Below are positions 21,105 to 32,071 of a stretch of DNA of 64,000 nt, one piece after another. The stretch spans positions 832,001 to 896,000 of the forward strand of contig OZ252239.1 in the NCBI GenBank assembly GCA_965249485.1, read 5' to 3'. Source of the DNA: a bacterium (GTDB taxonomy: Bacteria > SM23-31). The position numbers were made by a program, and so were the translations under genes. The notes under the pieces are model-generated. The model searched no databases and was not told the origin of the DNA. It was given only the letters and a program-made list of their open reading frames with translations. Each line of letters starts with the position of its first letter. Position 1 is the stretch's first letter.

Positions 21105-21935
21105 ATGGGTATTACAGCGATAATTCAGGATACACTCCGCGAGTGTATGGCGAAGAAGATTATTCTCCTGTTTCTGCTCATTGGTACGGTAAGTATACTC
21201 GGACTGTATCTGCTCCTCGATCTGGATATTCTGGAAAATGGTGTCGTTCTGTCGTTCATTTTTAATACAAATGAAGCAGAGTTCATGAGCCTTAACCAAT
21301 TCAATGATATTATGAAAGATGTGTTATCAGTATTGGCAATGGTGTTAATGAGTGTCAGTTTAATCCTTTCGGTATTAGCAACGGCAGACCTGATTCCGAG
21401 CCTCATGACGAAGGGACGGCTCGACCTCTATCTGGCACGTCCGGTATCACGGGCACAGCTCTTAATTGGAAAATATCTCGGTGCCTTAACCGTAGCTGGT
21501 GTAAGTGTCATGTACGCAATTTGCGGATTGTGGTTGGTATTCGGAGTAAAAACTGGGGTCTGGGATTTCAATTTTCTCTATACTATTGCAGGCACGCTGT
21601 TTATATTTGCAGCGCTCTATCCGTTCGTAATTGTAACAGGCCTCTATTTTAAGAATACGCCCATTATCCTCATCATTTCATGGATAATATTTGCTCTCGG
21701 TCATCCGCTTGCCTTTCGTCAATATGGTATTACTTTTATTAATAATAAACTATTTGAATATCCGGTGGAAGCGCTCTATTGGATATTGCCGAAGTCTTTT
21801 GAGGTAACTAACATTACGAAAAATCTGGTTGAAGGTGCGGTTGTCCAGAGTTGGATGCCGGTTACCAGTACCATTATCAGTTCACTTGGTATTTTCATGG
21901 TTGGAATTTTCTTTTTTTCACGAAAAAACTGCTAA
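21105..21935 (+). CDS. ABC-2 type permease
   Basis: About six TM helices, LARPVSRAQLLIGKYLG motif, follows ATPase. Confidence 0.88.
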   Translation: MGITAIIQDTLRECMAKKIILLFLLIGTVSILGLYLLLDLDILENGVVLSFIFNTNEAEFMSLNQFNDIMKDVLSVLAMVLMSVSLILSVLATADLIPSLMTKGRLDLYLARPVSRAQLLIGKYLGALTVAGVSVMYAICGLWLVFGVKTGVWDFNFLYTIAGTLFIFAALYPFVIVTGLYFKNTPIILIISWIIFALGHPLAFRQYGITFINNKLFEYPVEALYWILPKSFEVTNITKNLVEGAVVQSWMPVTSTIISSLGIFMVGIFFFSRKNC

Positions 21936-21958
21936 AAATTACTTGAGAGGGTACTTGA

Positions 21959-23017
21959 ATGATGCACAAATTAAATATTGTATTCCGTATGTTGGTTGTA
22001 TATACTGCAATTCTGCTTGTTCCGGGAGGATTGCTCAATAGTGATGAACTTAATGCTCAAGATAGGTCATTGCTGGACAGAATCCCTGTAGAAGCGTTTG
22101 CAGTTGCATCGCTTAACCCGAACAGCATTGTCGAATCGGCAATGCTGAGCTATCTCATTGAAGGTGATTCAACGTTGGTGGAGATGCGCGAACACGCCAT
22201 CAATGCGTTCGAAGGTCTATCTGGCGTCAAGGTGGATGAGCTGAAAAGCATCACTGTTTTTGTTGCTGAAGCCGAGAGTAAAAACGGCAATATCGGAGCA
22301 ATCGCTTCGGGAAATTTCAGCGGTTTGAATTACAATATTCTCAAAAGCATACACACTATTCCTGAACAAGTCATAGATATAAACGGATATGAGGTGCATG
22401 CACTGTCTGCACCACATAGAAATAAAAATCACGATGACGATTCAGACGAGACACATGGAAGTGCTATGGATAGTGATGAAGAGGATAAGGTTGTCTATGT
22501 GTTTTTTGATGATGAAGAAGTTCTTGCAGCAAACTCCCGCGATTTAATAGAACAGCTTCTCCGGCTTAAACGCGGAAACGGCTCCAGTCTCAGGAATAAC
22601 AGCAAATTTACTGACCGTTTTAATGCAACTCAGAATACAACGAGTTTCTGGGTCATCGTTCCCGATGGTAATGTTGTTGACGAATTCATTAATGAACACA
22701 GAAATGATGATGCATATATTGCTTCTCAGCTGTTTGCGAATATGAGTCTAATGGGTAGTGCGGATATTTCAGAGAATGTCGAATTGAATATGCAGGTCCA
22801 TAACTCTGATGGTGAGAAGCTCGATCATATATTCAACTTTGCGAACGGCATGAAGAGCCTTGCACTGCTGGGTACGATGAAAGAACCGGAATTAAAAAAC
22901 CTGATCACTCAGGTTGGTCTGAACAAACGGTCTGACTATATAGAACTCGATGCGCAATTGACCCTTGAAGATATCAAAATGTTGAAAGACCTACACAAAG
23001 ATTCGAACAGAAATTAA
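21959..23017 (+). CDS. Exported protein of unknown function, paralog of 19037..20083
   Basis: Signal peptide; QDRSLLDRIP, AFEGLSG, ASGNFSGLNY, FANGMKSLA; His/Asp-rich loop. Confidence 0.8.
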   Translation: MMHKLNIVFRMLVVYTAILLVPGGLLNSDELNAQDRSLLDRIPVEAFAVASLNPNSIVESAMLSYLIEGDSTLVEMREHAINAFEGLSGVKVDELKSITVFVAEAESKNGNIGAIASGNFSGLNYNILKSIHTIPEQVIDINGYEVHALSAPHRNKNHDDDSDETHGSAMDSDEEDKVVYVFFDDEEVLAANSRDLIEQLLRLKRGNGSSLRNNSKFTDRFNATQNTTSFWVIVPDGNVVDEFINEHRNDDAYIASQLFANMSLMGSADISENVELNMQVHNSDGEKLDHIFNFANGMKSLALLGTMKEPELKNLITQVGLNKRSDYIELDAQLTLEDIKMLKDLHKDSNRN

Positions 23018-23818
23018 AGCAAACCCATTGCAGACATCAATTGTTCTTAATGTTCCGTAATAATCAAGAGCCTGCCGAACATCAATCACCTTTGTTGACA
23101 ATATCCACATTGAAGTTGTAAAAATATATGCCCAGTTAATATTAGGATTAACCGATTGTATATCTGTGGGTCGTAACTGTGTAAGATTTATTTTAATTTT
23201 ATTTTATAAATCATAATTTATAATGGTAGATAAGCGGAATGACATTCAGTGGAGCACAAGTTCGAGTCCGCTCAAAAATCACAACGGCAACTTCTTCATT
23301 ATTTAAATTTACGGCAAGGATTCTGATATTTTCCCTTTCATATAAATGTTATTATGATTGCTCATTTTTCAAAAAAAGCGTTATTTCTGATAAGAACTGG
23401 CATGGTAATCATTTGTCAAGTTTTTCAATGAAAAAAATCCGTGTTTTTGTTTCTGAAATTTTTAATCTTGGTTTTAATATGTCACAATGATTTCAGCTTA
23501 AGTGTTTTCGCTTCTTTCACATCTGATCAATGAGTGGAATTTCCAGAATCAGCGTCACCCAAAATTGTGTTTTATCAAAAAAATCCGAATATTATTTTTG
23601 AGGATGTCTTAAAATTTATTTTTTATAGTTTAATAACTATGCAGTGTTTTATTAGAATGGAATACGGTAATTGATATAATTATAACTTATAATAATTTTA
23701 TTATATATCTTCCTGGTGGTTAATTGCATTTTTTAGTTATAGATTTTTTAACTGTTGTTTCTTCATCTCCAATGATTGTTACTGTAAAAATATAAATCTT
23801 AATTTGAAGGGTGAAATC

Positions 23819-24289
23819 ATGGAAAACACTACTGAAGGTTTACTGGTAGTCCTGAGAAAAACAGCTGGCAAGCTTCGGTTTACCAGCATTATTATTGCAT
23901 TTTTAACCATTTTGATTATTAGCCTTTTATTTAATACAGAATTGTTTACAGGATATACTCATGGAATCAGTATAGTTATAGTAATTGTTGTAATGGTATT
24001 ATTGACGTTTTTTGATATTATCCGCAGAAAGGGAAATACATATTATGAGGTTTTATGTACAGAATTACAATGGAGAGTTATGTCCGAAGAGGATATCAGA
24101 ATAGAAAAGGAACAAGCCGGAAAGTCTGGTAAAACTTCAGCAAGTAAAATACCCGATATAATTTCCAGAACGACAATAAGAAATTATTTACATTCAAGCC
24201 ATTTGCCAATTTTCCCTGGTGCCTTAGGTCTACCGATATATGGTTGTGTAAACTTCTTTGTTGCTGTGATTGTAGTATACGGAATGTAA
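23819..24289 (+). CDS. Hypothetical membrane protein
   Basis: Three hydrophobic segments; AT-rich context; AAGGGTGA RBS-like sequence. Confidence 0.6.
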   Translation: MENTTEGLLVVLRKTAGKLRFTSIIIAFLTILIISLLFNTELFTGYTHGISIVIVIVVMVLLTFFDIIRRKGNTYYEVLCTELQWRVMSEEDIRIEKEQAGKSGKTSASKIPDIISRTTIRNYLHSSHLPIFPGALGLPIYGCVNFFVAVIVVYGM

Positions 24290-24547
24290 TGAAATGTAGT
24301 ATATGGCATAAGTATTGACGTATGTTAAATATTGAGAATCCAAAATATTTTCTCTTGATGATGTAAAAAATTTCCAGATTAATGCATATGACGTATTATT
24401 TGTTAAGATTAATCTTTCTACATGCTTGTCAATCAATTTAAATTACTAATGATTAGCGTTATACTTAATTAACATCATTTCATTTTTCCCGGTCATTCAA
24501 TTTTTAACTTTTCCATTTTTTCCATTTTTACTAAACGTAATTGAGCG

Positions 24548-25984
24548 ATGAAATATAAACTACCCAAATCCGTTCATAATATTTTAACAATTTCTGGTAT
24601 ACTACTGACGATTCTTGGATTTGTAGTTTTCGGGATTATGTTTATTTTAGCGGAAATCAATTTAATTCCACACGGTCCTTACATTGGATTAATTCTCTAT
24701 ATTGTACTGCCCATCCCCATATTTACAGGTTTGATTCTCATTCCTTTAGGGATGTATTTGAACAGAATGAGAATGTTAACAAAATTAAATGAATTTAACT
24801 TTTTACCTGTAGTGGGGATATTTATAATTTTTGTAAGTTATCAAGGCTTTCATTATTCCGAATCGACCGAATTTTGTGGTACTCTTTGCCATGAAGTAAT
24901 GCAACCGGAGTTTGTCACTTATAAAAATTCACCACATGCGCGGATCACATGTGTGCAATGCCACGTTGGAAGTGACGTTGATTGGTATGCTCGGTCAAAA
25001 ATATCAGGACTGTACCAGGTGTATGCAGTAATTACAGATAAATTTCCCAGACCAATTGAGACGCCGATTGAAAATCTTCGTCCAGCAAGGGAAACATGTG
25101 AGCAGTGTCATTGGCCAGAGAAATTTTTTCCAGCACGAGAAAAGATGTTTAATCATTTCTTATCTGATCAAGATAATACACCCTGGCCAATAAATATGCT
25201 GTTTAAAATAAGCGGAGAATCACCGATTGAAACTGAACAGACAGGAAGCCACTGGCATATAAATTCAGACATAAAAATTGATTATATTGCTACAGATGAA
25301 AAACGTCTTGAGATCCCATGGGTGCGTTTAACCAATTTAATATCGGGAGAACAGGTCGTTTTTCAATCGGAAGTGAGCCCGTTGTCGGATGATGAATTTA
25401 ATGATCATCAAATAAGAACGATGGATTGTATGGACTGCCACAATAGGCCAGCTTATATATTCAAATCTCCAACAGATGCTATAAGTGAACAAATGGTTTT
25501 GGGAGCAATCTCCACTTCTCTACCAGAAATCAAAACTGTAGGAATAGAACTTTTAGCAGCAGATTATTCCTCTACGGATAGTGCAGCAATCGATATTCGC
25601 GAAGGGATCCAGAATTACTATTCTGAGAATTATCCTGATATTGCAGAGGAAAGTCTTTTTGAGATAAACAATTCTATTGATGCAATAAGAAATATCTATA
25701 CAGAAAACTTTTTTCCTCAAATGAATGCCTTTTGGAGAATTTATCCTGAACATAAAGGCCACTTTACCTCGCCGGGCTGTTTCAGATGTCATGATGGGCA
25801 GCATAGTTCACCACAAGGAACAACAATATCTAATGATTGCAATTCATGTCATCTAATCCTTTCACAAGGTGAAGAGTATGCGCAATATAGATCTGAGGGC
25901 CTTCCTTTCAAGCATCCGGAAGATATTGGTGAAGCTTGGAAAGAAATACCATGTCATGAATGTCACTCCACGGAGTATCAATAG
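24548..25984 (+). CDS. ImcH-like NapC/NirT-family heptaheme inner-membrane cytochrome c
   Basis: Three N-terminal TM helices, FCGTLCHEVM, then CVQCH, CEQCH, CMDCH, CFRCH, CNSCH, CHECH (7 heme sites), 478 aa. Confidence 0.85.
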   Translation: MKYKLPKSVHNILTISGILLTILGFVVFGIMFILAEINLIPHGPYIGLILYIVLPIPIFTGLILIPLGMYLNRMRMLTKLNEFNFLPVVGIFIIFVSYQGFHYSESTEFCGTLCHEVMQPEFVTYKNSPHARITCVQCHVGSDVDWYARSKISGLYQVYAVITDKFPRPIETPIENLRPARETCEQCHWPEKFFPAREKMFNHFLSDQDNTPWPINMLFKISGESPIETEQTGSHWHINSDIKIDYIATDEKRLEIPWVRLTNLISGEQVVFQSEVSPLSDDEFNDHQIRTMDCMDCHNRPAYIFKSPTDAISEQMVLGAISTSLPEIKTVGIELLAADYSSTDSAAIDIREGIQNYYSENYPDIAEESLFEINNSIDAIRNIYTENFFPQMNAFWRIYPEHKGHFTSPGCFRCHDGQHSSPQGTTISNDCNSCHLILSQGEEYAQYRSEGLPFKHPEDIGEAWKEIPCHECHSTEYQ

Positions 25985-26223
25985 CAGGTGCCTACTGATT
26001 ATTATTTTCCATAACTATGACCACAGAGTATTTCTTATGGATGCGATGTAAAATGTTTTAGGAAATGTTTCAAAACGTGTCGAAACTTTGTGCGAGATTT
26101 TAATTCATAAACATTTACTATTAAATATAAAACTTCATGCATTTTCTTTCATCACATCATATTCAATCAATCGTATTTATTATTGAACACATTCTCTCCA
26201 CAACGAAATAAGGAGATTATATT

Positions 26224-28272
26224 ATGCGTGGTATGCATCGCTTCATAACAATCATATTCATGGCACTGCTAATTCCGTTCTCTGTGTTTGCACAGTTAAT
26301 CACCATTCCCAACCGGTTTAACCAGCTCGACGTATTCGAGCTGGAGTATGGAGGAGATCCGCAGATTTCGCCGGATGGGCGGCACGTGGTCTATGTCCGG
26401 AACTTCATGGACATTATGGCAGACCGGGTGCGGTCGAATCTTTGGATCGTTAATTTCGACGGTACAGTGCACCGGCCGCTGACATCGGGGAATAACAACT
26501 ATTCGACCCCTCGCTGGTCGCCGGACGGAGAACGTCTCCTTTATAGCTCGAATGCCGATGGATCATCCCAACTCTACATGCGGTGGATGGATACTGGACA
26601 CACGGCTAAAATTACCAATTTTACCAAATCCGCCGGAAGCATTACCTGGTCACCCGACGGCAAGTCGATCGCATTCACGATGTTTGTCGATGACAAACCT
26701 GCACCGTTTGCGAAAATGCCTCCAAAACCTGAGGGAGCGGAATGGGCAAAACCGGCAAAATACATCGACAAACTGGTCTACCGCGCTGATGGTGCGGGTT
26801 ATCTCGATCCCGGTTATCGACACATTTTTGTTGTTCCGTCAGAAGGTGGTTCACCACGGCAGCTTACCTTCGGATATTTCAACCACAGCGGACCACTCGC
26901 GTGGACATCAGACGGCAAGTCGATCATTTTTTCAGCCAACCGGCACAACGATTGGGAATACAATGGCAACAATTCCGAAATCTACCGGGTATCGCTCGAT
27001 GATGGTGACATCGACGTCCTGACCAATCGGAACGGCCCCGATTCGAGTCCGGTCCTTTCGCCAGACGGGACGAAAATTGCCTATCTCGGATTCGATGACC
27101 AGCTTCACGGGTATCATGTGACAAAATTATACGTCATGAACGCTGACGGCAGGGAAAGTTTTGTTGTCACCGGGGATTTCGACCGTGATGTACAGGAGCC
27201 CTACTGGAACAGCACCAGTGACGGCCTCTTTTTCCGGTATGACACCGAAGGTAATACAAAAATCGCTCTTGTCGACCTGAATGGTAACGTCGAAATCCTT
27301 GCCCGTGATGTCGGTGGGCTGTCGCTCGGCCGTCCCTATTCCGGCGGTACCTATTCGGTCACACCGGACGGACAGTTTGCTTTTACTCATTCACGTCCCG
27401 ATCATCCAGCCGACATCGCTGTCGGACAAAGCGATTCGGACGATATTCGTATTATTACTGCACTAAACGAAGACCTCTTGGGTCATAAAAAACTCGGTGA
27501 AACAGAAGAAATCTGGTACCACTCAACCTTCGATAACAGGATGATTCAGAGTTGGCTTGTCAAACCGGCCGATTTCGATCCCGAAAAAGAGTATCCCCTT
27601 ATTCTCGAAATTCACGGCGGCCCCTTTGCCAACTATGGCGACCGGTTCTCCGCCGAAATTCAACTCTATGCCTCGGCTGGATATGTAGTGCTCTACGCAA
27701 ACCCACGCGGCAGCACAAGTTACGGCAAGCAGTTCGGCAACCTCATCCACCACAACTATCCCGGTGAAGATTACGATGACTTGATGTCGGGTGTCAACGC
27801 GGCTCTCGATCTGGATTATATCGATGAGGAAAACCTCTTTGTCACCGGCGGAAGCGGTGGGGGCGTACTGTCCGCATGGATCGTCGGGAAATCTGACCGG
27901 TTTGCAGCGGCGGTTGTGGCTAAACCGGTCATCAACTGGTACAGCTTTGTTCTCACATCCGACAGTTATCCATTTTTCTATAAGTACTGGTTTCCAGGTT
28001 TTCCGTGGGACCATCAGGACCATTACATGAAACGGTCACCGCTTTCACTCGTCGGAAATGTCACAACACCGACAATGCTCCTGACCGGAGAGGCTGACCA
28101 CCGGACACCGATATCCGAATCAGAACAGTTTTATCAGGCGCTTAAATTAATGCAAGTCGATGCTGCAATGGTCCGGATTCCTGATGCATCGCACGGTATT
28201 ACCGCGCGTCCGAGCAACCTCATTAAAAAAGTTGCGCACGTTCTCGTATGGTTCGAAAAATACCGGCGGTAA
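26224..28272 (+). CDS. Exported S9-family peptidase (acylaminoacyl/dipeptidyl aminopeptidase)
   Basis: Signal peptide, WSPDG propeller repeats, IHGGP, GGSGGG nucleophile elbow, DHRTP, SHG. Confidence 0.93.
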   Translation: MRGMHRFITIIFMALLIPFSVFAQLITIPNRFNQLDVFELEYGGDPQISPDGRHVVYVRNFMDIMADRVRSNLWIVNFDGTVHRPLTSGNNNYSTPRWSPDGERLLYSSNADGSSQLYMRWMDTGHTAKITNFTKSAGSITWSPDGKSIAFTMFVDDKPAPFAKMPPKPEGAEWAKPAKYIDKLVYRADGAGYLDPGYRHIFVVPSEGGSPRQLTFGYFNHSGPLAWTSDGKSIIFSANRHNDWEYNGNNSEIYRVSLDDGDIDVLTNRNGPDSSPVLSPDGTKIAYLGFDDQLHGYHVTKLYVMNADGRESFVVTGDFDRDVQEPYWNSTSDGLFFRYDTEGNTKIALVDLNGNVEILARDVGGLSLGRPYSGGTYSVTPDGQFAFTHSRPDHPADIAVGQSDSDDIRIITALNEDLLGHKKLGETEEIWYHSTFDNRMIQSWLVKPADFDPEKEYPLILEIHGGPFANYGDRFSAEIQLYASAGYVVLYANPRGSTSYGKQFGNLIHHNYPGEDYDDLMSGVNAALDLDYIDEENLFVTGGSGGGVLSAWIVGKSDRFAAAVVAKPVINWYSFVLTSDSYPFFYKYWFPGFPWDHQDHYMKRSPLSLVGNVTTPTMLLTGEADHRTPISESEQFYQALKLMQVDAAMVRIPDASHGITARPSNLIKKVAHVLVWFEKYRR

Positions 28273-28363
28273 CACATTCTGATTAAGTATACACAGGCGT
28301 TTATTATCTCTTTGCTGTTACTTATAGAGATTCAGACGATTATTCTCTTTTAAGATATTTTTC

Positions 28364-28390
28364 TGCAACGAAACGGAGCAGTAATCCGTC
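28364..28390 (+). promoter_or_regulatory. Putative ECF sigma promoter TGCAAC-N17-CGTC
   Basis: Same boxes and spacing as 17678-17704, both preceded by TTC. Confidence 0.6.
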
Positions 28391-28409
28391 TCAAATATGG
28401 AGCGAGAAT

Positions 28410-29735
28410 ATGGAAAAAATAAGGAGCGAGAAAATGGAAAAAGTATTGAAACGTGTCAGTTCACTTTTAGCAGTAATGCTTTGCATAATAGGAATCAATT
28501 TTAGTAGTGCTTTTGCTCAACAACAGCCTGTGGTTCTTTCAAATGTAACACTTATTGATGGTCATGGCGGTGAAAAGCAGGAAAACATGACCGTTGTTAT
28601 ACAGAACTATATTATTGCCGGAATCTTCCCGACACGGGATTATATACCGCAAAGCAACGCTGACGTCCTCGATTTGACAGGTCGCTACCTGATTCCCGGT
28701 CTGATCGATTCGCATGTGCACGTGTTTACTTCAAATTTAGTTGAGGAGGAAGGAAAATCCTCATTTGAAGAAGCGAAAAACTCTCTCCGTCGCGGGATAT
28801 ATGGAGGATTAACAACAGTACGTGATCTTGGCGGCAATACTGTCTTTCTTTCCCAGTTAAACAAACTTACCATAACCGGAGAAATTCCAGGACCTGAAAT
28901 ATACTTTTCTGCAATTATGGCCGGTCCATCATTTCTTGTAGAAGACGAGCGTCCACAAGCATCACGCGGCAGTTACCAGCCTGGTACAACACCCTGGATT
29001 CGGGCAGTAACACATGATAGCAACATAGAAGAAATAATCCTGAGCGCACGTGATTTTGGTGTAACTGCTATCAAAATGTACACTGAACTCGACAAAGAAA
29101 TTGTCTCGAGATTAACAGGGGAAGCTCATTATTATGGTCTGAAAGTTTGGAGCCATATTGAAATTTCTCCTGCAACCGCAGAAGATGCTATATTCGCCGG
29201 TGTTGATGTCATAACACATGCTGATATGTTTGCGAAATACTTAGAAGATGGAACACTTGATGACCTTTTACTCGAAATGAAAAAACGCGGTACAATCTTC
29301 GATCCTACATTGCTTGTAATGCAATTAATGGCGGAAATGCCGGAAGATGAAATACCTGAAGGAATGGAAGAAGAATTAAATGACATTCAAAATATACTTA
29401 AATCCTCTTATGAAATAGTGCGAAGAGCAAACGAATTGGGAGTTACTATTGTTGCCGGAACAGATGAACCGATTTCACATGATGATGATCAATTGCCCGG
29501 CCTCCATACTGAATTGGAATTACTCGTTGAGAACTGCGGATTCACGCCGATGGAAGCTTTGGTTGCCGCGACGAAAAACGGTGCGTTGGCAGTAGGTATG
29601 GAAAAACATATCGGTACCGTCGATGTCGGAAAAATTGCCGACCTCGTTGTATTACGGGATGATCCGACAGAAAACATCAGTAATACCCGCTCAATTGAAA
29701 TGGTATTCAAACAGGGTAAAAAATACGCTCAATAA
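28410..29735 (+). CDS. Exported metal-dependent amidohydrolase
   Basis: Signal peptide, PGLIDSHVH, VAGTD, GKIADLVVL; start may be 28434. Confidence 0.9.
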   Translation: MEKIRSEKMEKVLKRVSSLLAVMLCIIGINFSSAFAQQQPVVLSNVTLIDGHGGEKQENMTVVIQNYIIAGIFPTRDYIPQSNADVLDLTGRYLIPGLIDSHVHVFTSNLVEEEGKSSFEEAKNSLRRGIYGGLTTVRDLGGNTVFLSQLNKLTITGEIPGPEIYFSAIMAGPSFLVEDERPQASRGSYQPGTTPWIRAVTHDSNIEEIILSARDFGVTAIKMYTELDKEIVSRLTGEAHYYGLKVWSHIEISPATAEDAIFAGVDVITHADMFAKYLEDGTLDDLLLEMKKRGTIFDPTLLVMQLMAEMPEDEIPEGMEEELNDIQNILKSSYEIVRRANELGVTIVAGTDEPISHDDDQLPGLHTELELLVENCGFTPMEALVAATKNGALAVGMEKHIGTVDVGKIADLVVLRDDPTENISNTRSIEMVFKQGKKYAQ

Positions 29736-29806
29736 CAATATTCCTATGTTGAAACAGGGAATGTTATAAACGTATTCTTCACAATTTTTCTAAGGAGATT
29801 AACATT

Positions 29807-30364
29807 ATGATTGACGCATATCTGAATTTTGTAATAGGTTTTCCACTCCTGTCAAGCGCAGTACAGATAGCTATTCTGGGAACAGTCGGTGAGCTTCTTG
29901 CAACACGGATCAGGATGGGTAAGTGGTATTTTTTTGGACCAGGCCCTTGGCGGCTCATATTGAAAATTCTTGTCTGGGCATTTCTTGGAATTACATTTAA
30001 ATACGGATTCGTCGGATTCTTCGGCTTTGTAGCAGCGCTTGTGTCGCAGGGTTACTGGTTCAGTGCTGCTGATACTAATAACATTGTCAAAGCAATGTCT
30101 GTTTCATTTTTCGCGAATCTTATTTTTGGGCCTGTTTTTATGCTTTTTCACCGATGGACAGACAACTGGATCGAAAAGAAAGAGATGAATTGGGGAAGTC
30201 TCCAAAAAGCATGGTGGACGCTTATCTGGTTCTGGATACCGGCGCATACGCTCACATTCAGCATCCCCCACCATTTACAAATCGGTCTGCTTTCGCTTTG
30301 GACCGTCATACTGGGAATTATGCTCGGTTACTTTGCGAGGGCGCAACTCAATAAAACAGAGTAA
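29807..30364 (+). CDS. Membrane protein (Mpv17/PMP22-like)
   Basis: Several TM helices, FWIPAHTLTF motif, AAGGAG RBS. Confidence 0.7.
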   Translation: MIDAYLNFVIGFPLLSSAVQIAILGTVGELLATRIRMGKWYFFGPGPWRLILKILVWAFLGITFKYGFVGFFGFVAALVSQGYWFSAADTNNIVKAMSVSFFANLIFGPVFMLFHRWTDNWIEKKEMNWGSLQKAWWTLIWFWIPAHTLTFSIPHHLQIGLLSLWTVILGIMLGYFARAQLNKTE

Positions 30365-30412
30365 ATATAGACATGATTAGAACGTTGTTATATTATAATT
30401 AGGAAAATATTA

Positions 30413-31582
30413 ATGGTATTGAAAACACTACACACAACACGGCGGACTTTTTTAAAAAATGCCGCAGCTGCCAGTTCCGTACTGGCTCTACCAATGATAA
30501 ATATCGGGCGTTATTCTGTGTTTGCCGGTATGCAGGATACCTATTCCAAACGCGCCATCGACCTCGTCATGAACTCTCTTGTCATTGACATGCTCAATAA
30601 TTTTAGCATCGGAGTGATTCCTCACGATTTTGTGCCAACAGGCAAAATGCCGAAAGATGAATTAGAACGGTATCTGCAATCCGGTATCAATGTGTTCGCT
30701 CTGGGAGACCAGGTAGAAAATTATGATGGAGGCATCAAATATTTTGAAGGTTGGAATAAATTTTTAGATGAAAATGATTCTGATTTTTATAAAATACTTA
30801 CTGAACGCGACCTAGACCGGGTTGTAGCTTCGAATAAATTTGGAATTATGTATACGCATCAAAAATCCAATCATTTCAGAAAACCAAGTGATGTCGATAC
30901 ATTCTTTCAGTATGGGCAACGTTTATCACAACTCATGCATAATTGGAAAAACCATCTTGGTTTCGGAGCATTTGAAGATATCGATGAAGGTTTGACCGAT
31001 ATCGGTGCTGAAATTGTCCGCAGAATGAATGAAGTCGGTATGGCAGTCGATATCGCTCATTGTGGAGACAAAACAGCGCATGATGCAATTGACATTTGTA
31101 CGAAACCGATTTTAATAACACATGCAAGCTGCCGTGCGCTCATTCCAGGCTATGCCCGTGCAAAAACAGATGAACATATTACAAAGATGGCAAAAACAGG
31201 CGGTGTTATCGGTATACCGATGCTCCGTTTTATGATCAGGGACAGAGAACCGGTTACGATTGAACACTATATCGATCACATTGACTATGCCGTAAAACTC
31301 GTTGGAATCGAACATGTCGGAATCGGCAGTGATATGGTAGGATTGGATACGGAAGATGCACTTCCGGAAGAAGAGCGTATAAGACGAATTACAAATGGGC
31401 CGCCGAAATACAAAGCCCATACAAATGAACAAAATCTTATCTGTATCGAAAAACTGAACCATCCGAAACGGATGTTCGATTTAACCGAAGGGCTTATTCG
31501 AAGAGGTTACAATAACCGTGAAATTAAAGCACTGCTCGGACTCAATTTTAAACGTGCGCTCGCTGAAATCTGGGATGTGTAG
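30413..31582 (+). CDS. Tat-exported membrane dipeptidase (M19) family protein
   Basis: TRRTFLK Tat motif; GLTDIG, DIAH, ITHA, HVGIGSD, LGLNFKR. Confidence 0.88.
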   Translation: MVLKTLHTTRRTFLKNAAAASSVLALPMINIGRYSVFAGMQDTYSKRAIDLVMNSLVIDMLNNFSIGVIPHDFVPTGKMPKDELERYLQSGINVFALGDQVENYDGGIKYFEGWNKFLDENDSDFYKILTERDLDRVVASNKFGIMYTHQKSNHFRKPSDVDTFFQYGQRLSQLMHNWKNHLGFGAFEDIDEGLTDIGAEIVRRMNEVGMAVDIAHCGDKTAHDAIDICTKPILITHASCRALIPGYARAKTDEHITKMAKTGGVIGIPMLRFMIRDREPVTIEHYIDHIDYAVKLVGIEHVGIGSDMVGLDTEDALPEEERIRRITNGPPKYKAHTNEQNLICIEKLNHPKRMFDLTEGLIRRGYNNREIKALLGLNFKRALAEIWDV

Positions 31583-31647
31583 GAACAATTTAATATTGCA
31601 TTAATTTAATATGATAATGCTAAATTTTCGAAAGGAGTACATTAGTC

Positions 31648-32022
31648 ATGAGTAAGAAGTATGTTCCAAATCCTGAAAATTTTCCCGATGTACCGTTCAG
31701 CGGTGCTGTTGTCAATGGAAACACCTGCTACTGCTCAGGCAGTCTGGGACTCGACGTAACAACAATGGAGATGGCTGAGGGCATTGAAGAACAGACGGTG
31801 AGAGCAATGAAGAATATAAAAGATACACTCTCACGTGCCGGATTTGAAATGGACGACCTTGTTACGGCTACAATCTACCTCAAAAATCTCGATGATTTTA
31901 AAGTGATGAATGAGGTTTACGCCCGCTCCTTTCCCGAGAATAAGCCGTCACGGACAACCGTCGGAGTTGCCGACCTCTTGATGGGCGCTCTTGTCGAAAT
32001 CACCTGTTTGGCAGAGAAATAG
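31648..32022 (+). CDS. ridA: RidA/YjgF family deaminase
   Basis: PFS.AV, SGSLG, MNEVYA, PSRTTVGV, LVEI. Confidence 0.85.
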   Translation: MSKKYVPNPENFPDVPFSGAVVNGNTCYCSGSLGLDVTTMEMAEGIEEQTVRAMKNIKDTLSRAGFEMDDLVTATIYLKNLDDFKVMNEVYARSFPENKPSRTTVGVADLLMGALVEITCLAEK

Positions 32023-32071
32023 AGCAATCTCCAAAAAGGCAAAACATCTAACTTTTTATGAGGTTGACATT

